The notes below the pieces were generated by a model, which had not been told where the DNA came from, did no database searches, and saw nothing but the letters and a program-made list of their open reading frames with translations. Position numbers and translations under genes: made by a program. Shown in pieces: positions 59,944 to 64,000 of a stretch of DNA of 64,000 bases (positions are counted from its first letter, which is position 1; each line of letters starts with the position of its first letter). The DNA is from an uncultured Verrucomicrobiae bacterium (GTDB lineage: Bacteria > Verrucomicrobiota > Verrucomicrobiia > Chthoniobacterales > UBA10450). The DNA lies in the NCBI GenBank assembly GCA_963726745.1, contig CAVSDR010000005.1, positions 32,001-96,000 of the forward strand, read 5' to 3'.

Positions 59944-62940
59944 ATGCGGCGGCAACTTTTGCTTTTCCTTGCGTTCGTCCAGCTGGCCGGCGGCGCGCCT
60001 AACGAGTCCAATTTTTTAGACGGCATCCTTCATTGGCGGAATGTCGGGCCTTTCCGCGGCGGGCGCACGCGCGCGATCTCCGGGGTGCCGTCGCAGCCGA
60101 ACGTCTTTTACATGGCGCCGGTCAATGGCGGGGTCTTCCGCACGGACGATTACGGCCGCACCTGGGTGCCGATCTTTGACGATCAACCGACCGGCTCGGT
60201 TGGGCGCGCTCGCGGTCGCGCTTGTCCGATCCCGAACGTGATTTACGTCGGCAGCGGCGAGGGTTTGCACCGGCCCGATCTTTCCGTGGGCGACGGGATT
60301 TACAAATCGACCGATGCCGGAAAAACCTGGACGCACCTCGGACTGCGCGACGGCCAGCAGATCGCGCAGCTCGCGGTCGATCCGAAAAACGCCGATCGCC
60401 TTTTCGTGGCCGTGGGCGGGCATCCCTACGGGCCGAACGCCGAGCGCGGCGTTTACCGTTCGCTTGATGGCGGGAAGACGTTCGAGAAAGTGCTGTCTAA
60501 AGATGAGGACACCGGCGCGGGCGACGTCCTCCTCGATCCGCAAAATCCGCAGACCGTCTACGCCGCGCTCTGGGAATCGCGCGAAGGTCCGTGGGAAAAC
60601 GCGGTCTGGAATGGCACCGGCGGCGGCATCTACAAGTCGACCGACGGCGGGAGCACGTGGGCGCCCCTAACGAATGGTCTTCCGGCGGGCATCACCCAGG
60701 CGAACATTGCCCTGGCCCCGAGCGATCCGCGGATTCTCTTCGCCGCGGTCCGCACGCCGAAGTTCTCCCAGCTCTACCGATCGGAGGACGGCGGCGAAAG
60801 TTGGCGCGAAGCGACCACCGACAAGCGTCCGGCGGTCGGCATCGGCGGCGGCGACCTGCCGGTGGTGCGGATCGATCCGAAAGATCCGCAGGTGATCTAC
60901 TCCGCGAGCGTGGTCTGCTGGAAATCGACCGATGGCGGGAAGACTTGGACCGGCTGGCGCGGCGCCCCCGGCGGCGACGATTACCAGAACGTCTGGATCA
61001 ACCCCAACGACACGAAAACGATCCTGCTCGCAAGCGACCAGGGGGCGATCGTGACCGTCAATGGCGGCGAAACCTGGAGCTCGTGGTATAACCAGCCGAC
61101 CGCGCAGATGTATCACGTGAGCGCGGACAATGCCTTCCCGTATCGGCTTTACAGCGGCCAGCAGGAGAGCGGCTCGGCCGGCATTCTCAGCCGCGGCGAC
61201 AACGGCGCGATCACCTTTCGCGATTGGCACCCGGTCGCGGCCGAGGAATACGGCTACGTCGTGGCCGATCCGCTCGACCCGGACATCATCATCGGCGGCA
61301 AGCTTTCGCGCTACGATCGCCGCACCGGGCAGGCGCAGGAGATCCTGCCGGTGCCGTTGCGCGGACCGGAGTTCCGCATGATCCGGACGCAGCCGGTGGT
61401 TTTCTCGCCGGCCGATCCGCACCTGCTTTTCTTCGCCGCGAACACGCTCTGGCAGACGCGCGACCGGGGCGATCATTGGGAGCAAATCAGCCCCGACCTG
61501 TCGCGCAAAACCTATGAGCTGCCCGCGAGCATCGGGAAATATCGCGACCCGAAAGAGGTGAAACAACGCGGCGTGATCTACGCGGTCGCGCCTTCGCCCT
61601 TGGAAGTGAAACGCATCTGGGCGGGCACGGACGATGGGCTGATTCACCTGACGACCGATGGCGGCAAGACCTGGAACGACGTCACGCCGCCGGCGCTGGC
61701 GCCGTGGGCGAAAGTGTCGATCCTCGAGGCCGGGCACTTCGACGCGAAGGTGGCCTACGCGGCGGTGAACACGCTCCGGTTGGACGACAACCGCCCGCAC
61801 ATCTACCGCACGCGCGACAACGGCCAGACCTGGACGGAGATCGTCCGCGGCATCCCGGACGGGCAGACGGTCAACGTTGTGCGCGAGGATACGCAGCGGA
61901 AAGGGATGCTCTTCGCGGGCACGGAACGCGCCGTCTATTTCTCGCTCGACGACGGCGAGAACTGGCAGCCATTGCGCCTGAATATGCCGGCTACTTCCAT
62001 CCGCGACCTGATCGTGAAAGACGACGACCTCGCGGTCGGGACGCACGGGCGCGGCTTCTGGATCCTGGACAACCTTACCCCGCTGCGCCAGCTCTCGTTA
62101 GGCGACAAGATGACGAAACTCTTCCAGCCGCAGACCGCACTACGAGTGCGCTGGAACATGAACACCGACACGCCGCTTCCGCCGGACGAACCCGCGGGTG
62201 AAAATCCGCCGGACGGCGCAATGATTGATTACCAGCTTGCGGAAAACGCGACCGGCCCGGTGACGCTCGAGATCAAGGATGCGCAGGGAAAACTGGTGCG
62301 CCGCTACGCAAGCGACGACTCGTTAGCCGCGCCTGACCCGGCGAAGTTGAAAGTGCCGGCGTATTGGGTGCGCCCGCCACGCCCGTTGGCGGCGACCAAG
62401 GGGATGCATCGCTTTCTCTGGGACTTGCATGGCAGCCCGCTGGCTAAAGTCGAACCGCAGTATCCCATGACCGCGATCTACCGCGACACGCCGCCGGCGC
62501 CGACCGGCCCGTGGGCGCTGCCGGGCGATTACACGGTCACGCTCACCGCGAACGGCCAAAGCCAGACGCAGCCGTTGAAGGTGCAGATGGATCCGCGGGT
62601 GAAAGCCTCCGCGGCCGACCTGGCGAAACAGTTCGAGCTTTCGCGCCAGCTCTACGAGTTGCGCGCGAAACTCCTCCCGATTGGCGAAGCCTTTGACTCG
62701 TTAGCCGAGAAGGCGAAGGACGACGAAGCGCTGGCAAAAAAGCTCGAGGAATTTGCCCCGCCGCCCCCGCGTCGCGGCGGGTTGAGCTTCCAATTGCTCG
62801 GTCAGGTCGAAAGCCTCTTCGGCACCATCCAGGAGGCCGATGCCGCGCCCACGCCAGCGGTGGAAAAAGCCGTCGCGGAGGTGCTCGCACGCGCCCCGCA
62901 GGTGCTCGAGCGCTGGCAGCGCCTAACGAGTGAACGCTAG
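59944..62940 (+). CDS. Secreted BNR/Vps10 (sortilin-like) repeat glycosyl hydrolase-like protein
   Basis: WRNVGPFRGGR; repeated S/TxDGGxTW Asp-boxes; GTHGRGFWILD. A short frameshift-like scramble is present near 60205-60230. Confidence 0.85.
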   Translation: MRRQLLLFLAFVQLAGGAPNESNFLDGILHWRNVGPFRGGRTRAISGVPSQPNVFYMAPVNGGVFRTDDYGRTWVPIFDDQPTGSVGRARGRACPIPNVIYVGSGEGLHRPDLSVGDGIYKSTDAGKTWTHLGLRDGQQIAQLAVDPKNADRLFVAVGGHPYGPNAERGVYRSLDGGKTFEKVLSKDEDTGAGDVLLDPQNPQTVYAALWESREGPWENAVWNGTGGGIYKSTDGGSTWAPLTNGLPAGITQANIALAPSDPRILFAAVRTPKFSQLYRSEDGGESWREATTDKRPAVGIGGGDLPVVRIDPKDPQVIYSASVVCWKSTDGGKTWTGWRGAPGGDDYQNVWINPNDTKTILLASDQGAIVTVNGGETWSSWYNQPTAQMYHVSADNAFPYRLYSGQQESGSAGILSRGDNGAITFRDWHPVAAEEYGYVVADPLDPDIIIGGKLSRYDRRTGQAQEILPVPLRGPEFRMIRTQPVVFSPADPHLLFFAANTLWQTRDRGDHWEQISPDLSRKTYELPASIGKYRDPKEVKQRGVIYAVAPSPLEVKRIWAGTDDGLIHLTTDGGKTWNDVTPPALAPWAKVSILEAGHFDAKVAYAAVNTLRLDDNRPHIYRTRDNGQTWTEIVRGIPDGQTVNVVREDTQRKGMLFAGTERAVYFSLDDGENWQPLRLNMPATSIRDLIVKDDDLAVGTHGRGFWILDNLTPLRQLSLGDKMTKLFQPQTALRVRWNMNTDTPLPPDEPAGENPPDGAMIDYQLAENATGPVTLEIKDAQGKLVRRYASDDSLAAPDPAKLKVPAYWVRPPRPLAATKGMHRFLWDLHGSPLAKVEPQYPMTAIYRDTPPAPTGPWALPGDYTVTLTANGQSQTQPLKVQMDPRVKASAADLAKQFELSRQLYELRAKLLPIGEAFDSLAEKAKDDEALAKKLEEFAPPPPRRGGLSFQLLGQVESLFGTIQEADAAPTPAVEKAVAEVLARAPQVLERWQRLTSER

Positions 62941-64000
62941 CGCAGCCGGTAGCTCTCGTGCGGGCCGATGCCGCCCTGACCGCTGAGAATTTGCGCAGTC
63001 GCGATCATGGCCACGTGCGAGAAGGCTTGCGGGAAAATTCCCCAGCTGCCGCTTCGCTTTCGGATCGTACTCCTCGGAGAGCAAACCGAGATCGTTCCGG
63101 AGCGCGAGCAGGCGCTCGAAAAGCGCGCGCGCTTCGGCCTCGCGGCCCATCAGGTAAAGACAATCGGCCAGCCAAAAGGAGCAAGGAAGGAAGGTCCCTT
63201 CGTTGCCGGGAAGCGCGTCGGCATCTGTTTTATCGGTGTGATACCGCATGACCAAGCCGTCGTGTAAAAGCTTGCTCTCGATCGCTTCCACGGTGGAGCG
63301 CACCCGCGGATCGGTCGCCGGGAGGAAGCCGACCAGCGGAAGCATGAGCATCGCCGCGTCGAGCGACTCGGTTTCATAATGCTGGGTAAACGCGCCCACT
63401 TTCTCGTTGTAACCGCGGGCGCAGACCTCGGCGTGAATCTTGTCGCGGACTTCGATCCAGCGCGCGAGTTCCTCCGCACTTCCGCGTTTCGCTTCGCGGG
63501 CTAATCGGATCGCGCGGTCAAAGGCTACCCAGGCCATCATCTTCGAGTGGGTGAAATTTCGCCGCCCACCGCGCATCTCCCAAATGCCTTCGTCGGGTTC
63601 CTGCCAATGCTTTTCCAGGAAGTCGAGCAGGTGCACTTGCAGGCGCCAGTCGGCATCGGTCGTTTCGATCCCGGCGCGATGCGCGTGATACATCGAGCTG
63701 ATGACTTCGCCGTAGACATCGAGTTGAAGCTGGGTCGAAGCGGCGTTGCCCACGCGCACGGGTTTGGAATGGTGGTAGCCCTCGAGCCACGGAAGCTCGA
63801 ATTCCGTCAGCCGTCGCTCGCCGCGCACGCCATACATGATCTGCAGCTGCGCCGGGTCGCCGGCGATCGCGCGCAGGAGCCACTGCCGCCAGGCGCACGC
63901 TTCCTCCACGTAGCCCGCGCCGAGAAAAGCAAAAAGCGTAAAGGTGGCGTCGCGCAGCCAGCAGTAGCGGTAGTCCCAATTACGCACGCCGCCCAGTCCC
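62937..64000 (-). CDS. Glycoside hydrolase family 15 (trehalase/glucoamylase-like), 3' part; frameshift near 63030
   Basis: NWDYRYCWLRD, QLDVYGE, PDEGIWE, HSK, LGLLSEE, GNFP|QAFSH; corrected stop at 62937-62939. Confidence 0.92.

Larger units (their letters stand above)
207..62449. repeat. Dispersed motif B, (AAW)TTAGYCRGC
   Basis: About 25 copies of the core TTAGYCRGC by eye, e.g. near 207, 4944, 5686, 6893, 10482, 16916, 17365, 17801, 19658, 20932, 31403, 35380, 45789, 54175, 54915, 59556. Confidence 0.8.
327..62930. repeat. Dispersed 10-bp motif A, CTCGTTAGGC / GCCTAACGAG
   Basis: 19 exact copies found by eye. Plus strand: 327, 3963, 4913, 5368, 10079, 24363, 62094. Minus strand: 7794, 17419, 18292, 35674, 38558, 47415, 48461, 49661, 51429, 57053, 59997, 62921. 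About 20 more copies with one mismatch. Confidence 0.9.

Noticed and set aside
327..62930. Motifs A/B as CRISPR repeats, REP elements or IS ends
   Set aside because: They are too short, irregularly spaced, mostly intragenic and single-copy at each site. No cas or transposase gene is in the window.
12940..63040. Many frameshifted genes (dockerin proteins, hydA, FAD/FeS oxidoreductase, prmC, ppk1, nucleoside hydrolase, kefC, kefG-like, GH15) as pseudogenes or programmed frameshifts
   Set aside because: These are scattered single-base indels in GC-rich runs, with intact motifs on both sides, no nonsense decay and no common slippery site, and they affect conserved housekeeping genes. Long-read consensus error is the simplest explanation; raw reads would confirm.
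331..63719. Long antisense or alternative-frame ORFs in the track (e.g. 3291-4865, 31406-32965, 33710-35125, 53904-55928)
   Set aside because: They are shadow ORFs expected at high GC, overlap well-supported genes, are Arg/Ala/Pro-rich and carry no family motifs.
1..64000. Frequent CGATCG / CTCGAG / GCGCGC words as HIP1-like palindromes
   Set aside because: They are plausibly explained by common codon pairs (ATC-G, CTC-GAG, GCG-CGC) at this GC content. I could not show enrichment by eye, unlike the TTAG motifs, which impose rare codons.

Overview
High-GC bacterial chromosomal window. The lineage is inferred to be Verrucomicrobiota/Chthoniobacterales-like, from the secreted-protein architectures and the hydrogenase-accessory genes. 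Many single-base frameshifts look like long-read assembly errors. From left to right it holds: accessory genes typical of group 1h [NiFe]-hydrogenase clusters, interrupted by a Ca2+/H+ antiporter; a complete selenocysteine system (SelW-like selenoprotein, selC tRNA-Sec, Sec-containing selD, selA, selB) convergent with a Sec-containing formate dehydrogenase operon; three large secreted proteins sharing a C-terminal SRKTHG plus dockerin-like module; a pyrimidine uptake/catabolism block; an ATP-grasp/esterase block; housekeeping genes (accA, nfo, murA, prmC, metF, prfA, rpmE, ppk1, kef genes, trxA); tRNA-Leu(TAG); transporters and glycoside hydrolases. The ORF track breaks all three selenoprotein genes at in-frame UGA codons, each followed by a SECIS-like hairpin. 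The most striking unexplained signal is two dispersed, non-palindromic DNA motifs sharing a TTAG core (CTCGTTAGGC and AAWTTAGYCRGC). They recur about once per kb on both strands and in several reading frames, impose rare codons, and supply stop codons, much like a DNA-uptake-sequence or HIP1-type genome signature. Motif counts are by hand and approximate.
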